Shown piece by piece: positions 1 to 11,215 of a DNA stretch of 64,000 nt. The stretch's first letter is position 1. Each line of letters starts with the position of its first letter. Under the pieces are notes generated by a model that had not been told where the DNA came from, did not search any database, and saw nothing but the letters and a program-made list of their open reading frames with translations. Where the stretch lies: contig CM059432.1 in NCBI GenBank assembly GCA_030390025.1, positions 22,384,001 to 22,448,000 on the forward strand, in the 5' to 3' direction. The stretch comes from Squalus acanthias (lineage: Eukaryota). Position numbers and translations under genes: made by a program.

Positions 1-22
1 CAGCATCATTGGTGGGGTGGGG

Positions 23-2200
23 TGTAAGCTTCGCAAAATTCCCCAGAAACTCATATAGAACCCTAAAAGGGGTGAATTTTGGATTTTTCCTACAAATTTG
101 GGATGATGGGACATAAGTGAAGTGATTTGAGGTAAAAAAAACCCTCAGTTTTGGACATTTTAAAGATCAGGGAAGAAAAACACTGAGGAAAAATGACTTT
201 TGAAAATGACTATTGGAAAAAAAGCACCTTTGCGAAGGGGTGTGGCGAGGCAGTGGACAGCTTTTGGCATCAAGCTGTCTGGAATTTGTTTGCACTGCAA
301 TCCAGGCAGGAGGAGGAACCTCACCCAAAACCTCACAACACATCCAAAATTGAATAATTCAAGACACCTTTTGAATATCCCCAGGCCCAAACAGGATGCC
401 AGAAGCCTGTAAACAATAAAACATCTAGTACAGCCATTACTTCATCAATAAACAATCAGCCAGGTATCTATAGGGACAAGATTTGACACGTAGATAAAGG
501 CCCTGCCTAAATGGAGACATCAGAAGCCATCAGGACAATTTAACACCAAGTTAAAACCATCAAAACTTAACAAGCCCGCAAAACTAAGACAATGGAATAA
601 ACAGGCCTCAACTGAAACCTAAATCACTTCAACACGAAACCGATTTAGGAAAGGGGTTTTGGCGCGAAAAAGACAAAGGGCTGGTTTGTCATTGACCCGT
701 GGAGGTGGGTTTGGAGGCGTGTGGGGGGTTAAAATTGCGAAAACCGGCGGGCGGGCACAAGTCCGCCTCCATCCCGCCTCCACGCAATTTTCATTAAATC
801 GTGTCTGCTGGTCCCGCCTCCGTCCCGCCTCTAAGAGGCGGGATAGGCTGTTAAGGCCCTTAACAAGCACTAAATTGCCTCAATAATGCCATTTTGAAAG
901 GCCTTTGTGATTTTAACCCTTGTTCTACTTGAAGCACGCCTGTTCTGAACCACGAATGTGAAACCTGGCGGGAGCACATTTGGATAGCTGACTATGGCTG
1001 GCCAGGTTTCACATTTGGCTGGCTGGCTATGGGGATGCATATATGGATAGCTATGTGGATGGATGGAGAGGAGACATATCTGGGAGTGGTGGTGTAAAAA
1101 TATCTGGGAGCAGACTTAGGACTGCTGCTGCTCATTTTGCGGGTCCTCTCACAGCAAAGGCCAGGCAGTCTTTGAAGACCTTCAATGCAGCAGCAATGAT
1201 GACATCATCAAAGGCGACTTTCAGACTGAAAACACTAATTGGTTCATGGGTTCCCACATGCTGGAACTCAATTACCCAATTAGGTGAAAATTGTATCAAT
1301 CTCCCACATCCAATTGCAGTCGGGTGGATAACACGAAAAGTGGATGACACGACCCCAACCCGCCCCAGTATCAAAATCCAGCCCAAAGGGTCTGAACAGT
1401 ATAATTGAGGGCCTAAACCCCTAAGAAACTCTCTCTCAGCTCTGTTCCAGTTGCAGCAAGTTCCAGCAAGACACTACCAGCCACACGACACGAGCAGGAG
1501 GAGGAGAGAAGCAGCAAGGCCACGAGGCAGACCCGGGGCGAGATCGGAGGCAAGGACAGACTAGGCCAGGCAAGGGCTAGAGCTGAGGCCACTGGGAGCG
1601 AGTCGGCATCGCTCAGCACACGGTCTAGCACTAGCAGCCACTAGCCAAGGTCACTGGAGGCTGGGAGCGAGTCGGCATCGCTCAACCCACAGTCCAGCCC
1701 CAGAAGGTACCGCCCCGACAAGCCTCCAACGCAACAAAACTCGACGACCAGACCACCATCGCAGATTTCACAGACCGGTACCACGTGGGGACGGCAGGCC
1801 CCAAAGGACAAAAAGAGAGTACCTCAAAATCGCAATCAACTTACCTGGCTGGATTTCGCACTGTCAAAACCCCTGTTTGGTGAGCATTATCCCTGATCTC
1901 CTGAAACCAAAACCTTGCTAGATAGTGGGATTTTTGGGAGGGATAAGGGTTTTTCGTATATTGTCATTCTCCCTCGCCTGTGCCGTGTGTTCCCCAACCT
2001 GTTTAAGTGTTAAGTGTGTTTTAAGTTTGTTACCTTTTCTTTTAATAAAGTCAAAATTTTTTCATCAGAACCTGTTGTCTACTGTATCTTTATTCACAAC
2101 CCCCAAATAAGTCCAAGGTCCAGAACCAGGGGCGTGGGAGCGATTCGAACCGCTCGCTGAGTCAGAGGTGAGGCTGACCCCTACCACACCACCCCCTACA
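23..2200 (+). mobile_element. Solo LTR (~1.47 kb after removing nested MITE), Gypsy/ERV-like
   Basis: TGTA at 23 and TACA ending 2200; GGGG on both flanks (19-22, 2201-2204); TATA-like TATAAT ~1400; AATAAA 2044-2049; internal direct repeat CTGGGAGCGAGTCGGCATCGCTCA (~1593, ~1662); no internal coding region. Confidence 0.75.
678..1384. mobile_element. Harbinger-type non-autonomous element (MITE) nested in the LTR
   Basis: TIRs GGGCTGGTTT / AAAATCCAGCCC; AAA TSD (675-677, 1385-1387); CCCGCC subterminal motifs. Confidence 0.8.
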
Positions 2201-2641
2201 GGGGGGGGGGAGGCCTCATGGTGGGGATCGGAGGCCTCGGAAGACGATCGGAGGCCTTGTGGTGGGGCCTCCCATCGCGGGCTGTGCGTTAGGCAGGGAC
2301 CCTGGATCCAGGAGGTCGGTATAAAGCCACGTACCTCCTGGATGCAGCAGTCCCCTGCCTCAGTTTAACTGCCGGGTTTCACGAATTGTGTGAAACCTGT
2401 CCCCAGGCAGTTAAATTCAAAATGATGGGGAAAATAGAGGCTTACAGCCTCATTATAATATTTCAATTAAGGAAACGTCCCCTGGGAGTGGATTGATCAC
2501 CCTCGCGCCCCCCCCCCCCACCCCCCGTTCCACCTCCCTTAAAACCGGAAGTGGGTGGGTTGGAGGCGGAATCCCATTTTTAACAGTTTAGCTGCCCCCA
2601 CGCTCCAAACCCAATCTTTTTTTTCGGGGAAAATTCCGGCC
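2201..2641. mobile_element. Right arm of a Harbinger-type MITE (left arm at 1-22 and upstream of window), interrupted by the LTR
   Basis: Ends in TIR AAAATTCCGGCC (2641) followed by ATT; sequence resembles other MITE ends at 50560-50806 and 57072-57300. Confidence 0.7.
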
Positions 2642-2712
2642 ATTAATTCTACTTCTCTCTCCACAGATGCTGCTTGACCTGCTGAGTATTTCCAGCATTT
2701 TCTGTTTTTATT
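2642..2712 (+). mobile_element. Penelope-like terminal fragment (portion 3' of the hammerhead cleavage site)
   Basis: ATTAATTCTACTTCTCTCTCCACAGATGCTGCTTGACCTGCTGAGTATTTCCAGCATTTTCTG matches the reverse complement of 9080-9143. Confidence 0.75.
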
Positions 2713-3436
2713 ACAACTCAACTATGATGCCCCCATAATCCAACAGCCTGCTAATACTCACTGATTAAACTCCCACATGAAGTAAGGGTTGTTACCAGAG
2801 GGTAACTGGCCCTTATAGAACCATACCCCAGTGTGAGTCAGTGCCTTCAAAACAGAGGGAAGAAAAGTGGAGCAGGTTTATTTTAAAGTATAAAGTACAG
2901 ACGCATGCAGCAATTCAGATAAGTACAAATTCCCTTTTTTATAAATATTCAGAGGAGATGTCGGTTGCTTTGATGACCGAGAATATTGCAAGTGTCCTGA
3001 TAGCTTTGTGGCAGTCCACAGACGTTCGGAGAGAGGTGCTAAATGTAGTTAGGGAAAGGAAAGAAAGAAAACTGCGAGTTGCGTCACCAGTGGACCAACA
3101 CTTCAATTTTCGTGGGCGGTTATAGTGTGGCTTTGGCACGGAGCTGCCCACCCACTCAGCTAGGGAAATCTTTTAGGCATTGAGGGACCTCAAGTGGTTG
3201 ACAAAAACATAACAAGAAAGGCAAAAGGCATGTCTCACCTTCAGTGTCGGCAGACGTCCTGCGATTTTTCAGGAAAGGAACATGCCATAAAAATAAGTAG
3301 CATTTTCCTCCCTCTACTCCAAGGTAGCTTAGGTAAATCTTAGATCCCAAACCGCTCCCCCAGCTAACTCAGCACAAACCTGGGATCTTCTGGTTTTCAT
3401 CGCTTCGTGCTGCACCGGGAAACAGCTTTGCCTATA

Positions 3437-3526
3437 GAAGAAGAAGAAGAAGAAGAAGAAGAAGAAGAAGAAGAAGAAGAAGAAGAAGAAGAAGAAGAAG
3501 AAGAAGAAGAAGAAGAAGAAGAAGAA
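3437..3526. repeat. (GAA)30 microsatellite, expanded 3' tail of a minus-strand SINE/L2 end
   Basis: 90 bp of pure GAA directly abutting GACTTGCATTTATATAGCGCCTTT. Confidence 0.95.
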
Positions 3527-3630
3527 GGACTTGCATTTATATAGCGCCTTTCACAACCACTGGACATCTCAAAACACTTTACAGCCAATGAAGTACTTTT
3601 GAAGTGGAGTCACTGTTGTACTGTGGGAGC
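3527..3630 (-). mobile_element. 3' end of SacSINE1/DeuSINE-like (L2-tailed) SINE
   Basis: Reverse complement of the 3' end of the SINE at 13810-13905. Confidence 0.75.
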
Positions 3631-3861
3631 CACTAGGGGTTCTTTCTCATTCCTTTTTTTTCCTATTTAGTTCTTGCCATGACTGTTTCTCATCTACCAT
3701 TTTGAAATCCTTTGCTCAGTGCACTCTGCGCTACCTAGTATCCTTCTTTTTACGGTGAGAATTATGGGTCAATGATTTCCCTGTGGACACAGATTTCATT
3801 TAAGTATTCAATATTTTTTTTTAAGGAGCATGCCTTCTAAAATAATAAATTCCCCAATATT

Positions 3862-4086
3862 CTTTAGAGAAGGAAACCTTCCGCCCTTACCCGGTCTGGC
3901 CTATAAGTGACTCCAGTCCTACACCATCATGGTTGACTCTTAACCACCCTCTGAAGTGGCCTCGCAAGTCACTCGGTATCAAGCTCGAGAAGAAGGCCCA
4001 CCACCACTTTCTCAGGGCAACTAGGGGATGGGCATTAAATGCTGGCCTTGCCAGCGATGGCTACATCCTAAGAACGAAGATAAAAA
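3862..4086 (+). mobile_element. 3' end fragment of a non-LTR retroelement family
   Basis: AAGAAGGCCCACCACCACTTTCTCAGGGCAACTAGGGGATGGGCATTAAATGCTGGCCTTGCCAGCG shared with 30230-30333 and 34505-34620. Confidence 0.6.
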
Positions 4087-4927
4087 TGAAATGCTGCAAC
4101 AATGAACTGCAAGTTCTCAATAATGTCAGTTGCTCATAATTCTTAGCTTGGGAAAATGCCACGACAACCAAGTGGCAGAAGTATGTTCACAATAAGTGCT
4201 CTCAACAAAGCGATTAAAAATTGCTGGGGAGGGTACACTGGTGCTTAATGGAGAAACAGGTTCCAATGTGGCAGGAGGCCTCCATAATTAATAATAACAC
4301 TAGAGTTAGTGAACCAACATGTTAAACTACTGCAAAAATGCAGACTAAATCTCATCTTTACAGCTGTTGGAAAATACTCTTACTGCAAAAAATTGTAGTT
4401 GTTTCCCTTGCTTTGATCTTTTAAAATCCAAGTTTGTCATCACTGAACTATGAATTCTTGTTTTCCCTCATCTTCACTCCTATTCTTTTCAGTATTAGTG
4501 ATGCTCTGCAGTATGGGCTGGGCCATTCACCTTGATTTCTTAATTTTGAAAGAAACCAATAGACCTCACAATGTCTGCATGTTGGATACTCTTCAAATAG
4601 GAACAATGACCTAGAAATTGGATAAGGCCCAAAAAAGGGCATGGGTTTTGCGATGCGTGACTACCCCGCACCCGTTCCTTCCGAGCAGGCAACACAGAAA
4701 CTTTGTGCTGCTTGCTAATTTAAATGTCAGCAGTGTGCAGCCCAGCGCTAACCGTGCTTTTGAGTGGCTGCACGCCTCAGTAGGGAGCTCAAGTTTGTGC
4801 GAGGCTAGCACCAATTAAAGCTAGCCTGCAGTTCTTAAAGCCAGCCTGCACCTCTTAAAGGAGTGGCGCATTCTGGCTGCAGCACGTACTGGAAGTTGTT
4901 GTCGAGGAGTGTGAAGGAAGATGGAAG

Positions 4928-6808
4928 ATGGCACAAAATGGCAAAGAGAGGGCTCCCAGATTTTCTGATGCAGCATTCGAAGACCTGGAGCAGGAGGTTC
5001 TCAGGAATGGAGGTGTCCTCGATCTACAGGGGGCCAGGAGGCCCTCCAGACACAAGCTGAGAAGGGAATGAGAGCAGATACCCATCGCTGTCAATGCAAG
5101 CAGTGTAGCCCCGAGGACCTGGAAGCAGTGCAGGAAGAAATTCAAGGTCAGTGAATTCATCTTCAAATGCCATATCCCAGCATCTGCACCATTAGCCTCA
5201 CACACTGCTCAAATCAACACACCCCCATCAGAATCATACCAACAATCTCTATCAAAACAATTCAGACCTCACATTTATAGTTTTGCCTCACCCTCACACA
5301 CTTACCACTGCTGCAAGCCTCACAGCTTGCATACACTGCCAGCTATTCAACCATGACAGGCACATCAACCAACCACACTCAGTGAAACGCTTCCCTTTCT
5401 CTTCCAGGACATAACTGGAGGCAGCAGGGGCTACCCGCAGGGAGACAGGTGCACCTGCATGACCTAACCACCATGGAGGAGACGGTGCTGGAGATAATTG
5501 GAACGGCCATCGCTGAGCCTGTGACCAGCAGAGGGGCTGAAACAATCTAAGTTGACGGTATCCTCATTCCTAATCCTCTTTTTCACATTCCACTTTCCCC
5601 TCATTCCACAATTTCTTCTGATTTACAAGCTGCAGATGGTGTTAGCACCCCCCCCCACCTCACCACAACTGTACCCTTGTGCCTTTCTCCTTTCAGATAG
5701 CCAAGAACTGCAACCTGGCCAGGCAGTGGTGAAGAGCAGGAACATCAAGAGGAAGAAGGCAGTGAAGCTGAAGACACAGCAACGTCTCTCGATTTCACAC
5801 TCGCAGCTACCAGCTCAGATACAGACACTCTGTGTACTTTAGAGGATAGGTTAGGAGTGGGACCTGCACGTGGTGAGACACCGAGCATGAGTGGTCTGCA
5901 GCCAAGGCAGGGGGAAAGGTTAGCTCAGGTGCCAGCTCCCTGGAGGGCGAGGTTGCACACGGGTTCTGCTACACAGGACTCAGATGAGGACTTCGATGGG
6001 GCAGCCTACAGAAGAAGGCTGATGGGTAGGCATACAGAAATGCTTGGTGCATTGGCAGACCTGCCAGAAAGCCTGAGTGCAATGTCAAGGAGCATGGAGG
6101 AGTCTGGCACCAACCTGGCACAGGGCTTTGTGCAGAACTTGGAGCTCATCCTTTCCAGCATGGAAGGGGTGGCCAGATCCATTAGCACACTTGTGGGCCC
6201 AACCATGATGCAGCGTCTGATGGCTGATGTCTCAGCCTCCATATGAGCACCAGCAGAAGTCACCCAACGTCTGAGTGCTGCAGTGGAAGCTCAGACTGAA
6301 GTCATGCAAGCTCAGCTTGTTGCCATGCAAGCTCAGTTTGCTAACACAGACTGGTGCCATCATGGCTGCGGGTACCAGTGTTGAAAGGGGTTTTTCAGGG
6401 TATCACAGCAGTCCAGCCATCTGTCCTCCAACAGATTATTAGGAATGCTGAGGCACCGCCCCGGGGAGTGGCAGTGGCTCCGTGGTGCACGAACTTGTTG
6501 TCCTCTCTCAGGATGACAGCACTCGTCCTCCCACCGTTGTCACTCTGCCAGTGCCCTTGCTGTTGCCTGTCAGCAGGTCAGCCCAGACTGTTGCCACCCA
6601 TGCTGAGGTGGTGCAGTCTAAAGCCGGGACTTCTAGGCCCAGAGCTGTTCGAGGTCATCCTACAAGGCCATCTGCAGTCTCTCCCATTGAAAGTCAGCAG
6701 CATTCCACCAGCCATGCTGCAGTCACTTGGGTAGCACTTTGTAGGAGCACTAGAACAGGCAAAGGCACACGGAAGACAGGCACTAATGAAATGCACAAGG
6801 GTGATTAG
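4928..6808 (+). pseudogene. Harbinger Myb/SANT-like DNA-binding protein, 3 exons, disrupted
   Basis: MAQNGKERAPRFSDAAFEDLEQEV...RTWKQCRKKF; inferred exons 4928-5146, 5408-5557, 5697-6808 with GT/AG sites; stops and frameshifts; C-terminus similar to Myb of 59146 element (VVLSQDDS...AGTSRPR). Confidence 0.8.
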
Positions 6809-6976
6809 TTGATATTGTTATGTAATATTGGATGGATTGAATATAAATTTGGTTTGGAATGTTTGTTTTGTGGTGGCTTTTATTGTAGCATTGTGGCCAA
6901 AAGGACGCTGTCATGGTCCATAACAGAGAGAAGGTGAGGTGTGGGACTGTGGGTGAATGGGGAATTGGGGTTGCAT

Positions 6977-8126
6977 TCACTGGTACCGCAGTCGGATCAG
7001 TTGATTATGGGTAGCCCAGCCAGAAAGGGGCTGTGTTGGTTGCCTCCCCACTTCCTCCTGCTCCTCCTCTTCCTCTTCCTTCTCTTCCTCTTCCTCCACC
7101 TCCTCTTCCTCCTCCACCTCCTCCTCTCCCTCCTCCTCAGTTCTTAGCCATCTCGATGGTGGCAAAGGCTGTGCCCTCATGATGGCGAGGTTGTGGAGCA
7201 TGCAGCAGACCATGACAAATCTTGAGACGGGGTCTGGTGAGTACTGCAGGGCTCCTCCAGAGTGGTCCAGGTAGCAGTAGCATTGTTTAAGGACCCCAAT
7301 AGTCTGCTCAATCAAATTCCATGTGGCAGCATGGCTTTCGTTATATGTGGTTGGTTTGCGCAGCGGAGTCATGAGCCTGGTGGTAAGTGGATAGCCCTTG
7401 TCACCCAGTAGCCACCCTCTGGTTTGTAGTGGTGGCTGAAAAGCAGATTGTACAGCAGACTGCCGCAGAATGAAGGCATCATGGCTGCTGCCAGGATACC
7501 GATCATTGACCTGCATGATGCTCTGAGTAGGTCGCACACCAGCTGGATGTTGAGGGAGTGGAATCCCTTCCGGTTGCGCTACATCTCCGAATTCACATGC
7601 GGCGTCCACAAAGCAACATGTGTGCAGTCAATGGCACCCTGCACCATGAAGAAGCCTGCTATCCTGCCGATGTGCATGCTCGCTCCGCCTGCTTCTCTCT
7701 GGTAAGAGAAAATGAAATGTATTCACCTCTCTTTGCATACAGAGCCTCACTGACCTCCTTTATGCAACGGTGGATGGCGAACTGTGAGATGTTGCAAATG
7801 TTGCCTGCTCCAGCCTGGAAGGAGCCCGACGCATGAAAATTCATGGCCACGGTAACATTCACAGCCACTGGCAATGCCGTCCTCGCACTACTCTGAGGCT
7901 GCAAGTCTGCCTGCAACAGGTGGCAGATTTCAGTAAGCAACTCCTCAATGTAGCGTAGACGTCGCATGCACTGTTCCTCGCTGAGATTGCGGTAGGATAT
8001 GGCCTCCTGCTGAGAGCCCTTCTCCCCCTCCTCCCTCTTCAAGCAGCTTGTCCTCCTCTGTGTAGCCTCTGCTCATTCTCCCTATCATGCCGAAAGCCAA
8101 AGGGGGATACAAACTACAGCCCCCAT
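6977..8126 (-). pseudogene. Harbinger DDE transposase (HARBI1-like), frameshifted
   Basis: Motifs [55 protein letters not shown] and acidic tail across ORFs 7659-8042 and 6977-7609; ATG at 8126. Confidence 0.9.
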
Positions 8127-9136
8127 GTCTGGGAGCAATTGGTCTGAGCAGAAGCCTTCAAATACCTGCCACACCCCTCCCTTGAGACTTCAGCAACTTC
8201 AAATAAGACACCAAGCCAAGAAACACCTCTACAAACTCACCAAGATCCAATAGAAATCAATCAGCAACTAACCTGAAAGCAGTTGATGATCCCTTTAAAT
8301 AGCGTTGATGAGGGGTCCTTCCTGCTGCTGAATGAATGTTGAGCTATGGGAGGTTAAGAGAAGGCAGTGGCTGCAGCATTGATGTAAATGGCACCGCTGG
8401 CGTCAAATTAGCATTACACACTGACTGACATCACAATCTATGCACTCTGCATAGTTCCAGTGCACGCTCCAAGCACCCGCACTAGTGAGCTCACCAAAAT
8501 GGCAACCGCACCAGAAGGGTGCACACGCAGCGCGGATGCCATTTTGGGCACACAGCGGCACACACAACGCCGAAAAACCGGATGCTATTGAGCCAAATTT
8601 CGCAGCCGATGGATTTTATCTTAGTCTGCCGCTTTCACAAAACATTACAGCACTACTAAAGTCTGAGTAAAAAGTTCAGAAATTGATGGTTCTTTTGGAT
8701 CACATTGTAATATTTTGATAGCAGTCCAGATTTACTTGTTTGGTGCTGAAGAATACCTGCTTTCAATCTGGAAGCAACATCGACGTGCAACTGCGAGTTG
8801 TTTTGATGCATTATCTGGAACTAACGTAGATCATTTTGAGGATGCATTTCATTATATAACTGAAACAAAGGGGGCAATTTTAACTGTATGTGCCCGGTGG
8901 AAATCGAGCATGAGGTTGGCGATCTGCCCCCCCCACCCCCAACGCACCCCCCCCCCCCCCCCCCCCAGACCCGACCTGCCAACTAGCTCAGCATTGGAGC
9001 TGACAGATTTTTCACCCTCCCAGAACCAGGATACCACAGCAGGGCAAAAGCAAAATACTGCAGATGCTGGAAATTCAAAGCAGAAAATGCTGGAAATACT
9101 CAGCAGGTCAGGCAGCATCTGTCAAGAGAGAAACAG

Positions 9137-10072
9137 AGTTAATGGCCGGAATTTTCACTGTCCGATGCACTGGTAGCGGGAGAGCCCTGCAGTACGCGGG
9201 GATCTCGGAAGTTTCAGCGGAGCATTTGTCCATGGCTTTTTAACAAAGCCACTGCATTAGCATCTGACCTCCGGATTTCCCGACCAATTAGTGTGACCGG
9301 GAGTGACGATGACAGGTATGAGTCTATTTCAGCTGAATTATTTAAAGGGACCCTGCGAAGATGAAAGTTGAAGGATTGTCCAGGTGGGGGAACAGAGGAA
9401 GAAACTGCACTAATGGAGTCTCAAAGTGGCAAGGCTGCGCCTCGCTTAAATGATGCCTCCCTAGAGCTGACGTTGCATTCTGTAAGGGCCCGCAGGGAGA
9501 TTCTCCTCCCAAGCCGACTCCAGCACATCATCCCTCACACATACTTACCTTGCAGGTGCACCTCCACATAACCTCCAAAGTATTGGAAATCAGCTGACAA
9601 GTGAAAGCACACTCTCGGAACAAGTCCTGTGAGCAAAAGCCTTTCGTTTAGGCAAGGAAGCAGGTGTGAGGTCTGAGTACTTATAGGATTGTTTGCCTGT
9701 CACTTGGTCAGCCCTCTCAACTTGCGCTGTCATCTCGCCTTGCTTTCACTGGCGAGACCCAGGAAGCCTGGGAAACCTTCGCACTCAGAGTTAAAGCTCA
9801 AATCTACAGATAAAACAGCTCCTAACTGCCTCTTAACCTCTCCTAATTGTCTCTTAACATCTTTTAGTAACCAACCCGCCTCTCCCATGGGGTTTCTCAC
9901 ACGCAGCCGAAGGCGCTGCAGTTAAAAGCGGAAGTCAGTGGGTTTGAGACCACTTCCCGACCCGCTTCTCCGTTTCATCCCCTTAAACCCCCCCCGCGCA
10001 CTCCCAGACACACTCGGTTTTTAGGTAAAAATTCCCCCCAATGTTTCAGGTCGATGACCTTTCATCAGAACT
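9137..10072 (-). ncRNA. Minimal type I hammerhead ribozyme of Penelope, split by a MITE insertion
   Basis: Minus strand: AGTT-CTGATGA (10068-10062)-A-AGGTC ATC GACCT stem II-GAAAC (10047-10043)-ATT-[MITE]-AACT (9140-9137); stem I AGUU/AACU. Confidence 0.75.
9144..10039. mobile_element. Harbinger non-autonomous element retaining the Myb start
   Basis: Termini GGCCGGAATTTT / AAAATTCCCCCC; AAT TSD (9141-9143, 10040-10042); MESQSGKAAPRLNDASLE from 9413. Confidence 0.85.
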
Positions 10073-10307
10073 GGAAAAAGTTAGAGATGTAACAGGTTTT
10101 ATGCAAGTACAGAGACAGGGAAAGGGGGGACAGGGAGGAAAGAACAAAAGGGAAGATCCGTGATAGCGTGGAAGGCAGGAGAGATTAAATGACAAAAGGG
10201 ATGATGGTGCAAGGCAAAAGGGAATGGTAATGGGACAAGTAAAGAAACAGATGGGTCTGGAGGAGGTGTAAATGGCAAGAGCAGAATCATTACCAACTGC
10301 TGCCGTA

Positions 10308-11215
10308 TCCATAACATTCATACACCCTTCAGAGAAAAGCATTAAAGAAGGTGGGGATGGAAAGAGATTTGGGCATTCTAGTTCATACATCTCTAAAGGT
10401 ACACGAGCAATGTTGTGAATCGATAGCTAGAGCAAATAGGGTGTTTGGGTCTATCCATAGGACAATTGAGTATAAGACGAGGCATACTATTTTGTTCTTG
10501 TACAAGACCTTAGTCAGGCCGCACTTGGAATATTGTGTCCAGTTTTGGTCTCCTTACATGGTGGGTGATATTGAGGCTTTGGAAAGGGTGCAGAGGAGGG
10601 CCACTAGACTAATTTGCAGTTTAAAGCATCTTAGTTATCAAGATAGGCTAAGCGAGTTGGGACTCTACACTTTAGAGAAGCGTAGACTTAGAAGTGATTG
10701 AGGTTTATAAAATAAGATTGTGTTCCAGTTGACAGTTTGTTTCAATTAAATAGGTTAGGGAGGCCCAGGGGTCACAAATTAAAAATTTAAGTTGTCTAAG
10801 GCCAGATCTAGGTTAGATGTCAAGCGGTGGTTCTTTTCCCAGAGAATAGTGGACGCTGGAACAGGCTGCCATCTCATGCGGTGGATGCTGATTGGCTGAA
10901 TTCCTTCAAGCGAGAGCTGGATCTGTTTCTGGCTGGAGCGGAGATCACCTCTTACAGAAGGTAGGTACTGCAGGGAATTCGGGGCCAGAGTGATCTCCTG
11001 GACTAGTTTCGATCGCCTAGATGGGTCGGAGAGGAATTTCCCAGATTTTTTCCCCAAATTGGCCTGGGTTTTTTAGCTTTTTTTTGCCTCTCCCAGGAGA
11101 TCACATGGTTTCAGGTGGGGTGGAGTGTATATATTGTGATACACAAGTTATTGCAATTGTGTGGGACAGGCTCAATGAACCAGAGGGTCTTTACCTGTCT
11201 GTCAATGTTCGTATG
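10308..11215 (+). mobile_element. CR1 LINE 3' fragment with long 3' UTR
   Basis: ERDLGILV...LYKTLVRPHLEYCVQFWSP...LERVQRRATRLI...LEKRRLR (ORF 10351-10701). Confidence 0.9.

Larger units (their letters stand above)
4608..8607. mobile_element. Decayed full-length PIF/Harbinger transposon (convergent Myb and transposase genes)
   Basis: Imperfect TIRs GACCTAGAAATTGG / CCAAATTTCGCAGCC; flanks AAT / GAT; ~4.0 kb; both gene remnants recognisable. Confidence 0.85.

Noticed and set aside
3397..3588. Poly-serine ORF
   Set aside because: Translation of the (TTC)n SINE tail.
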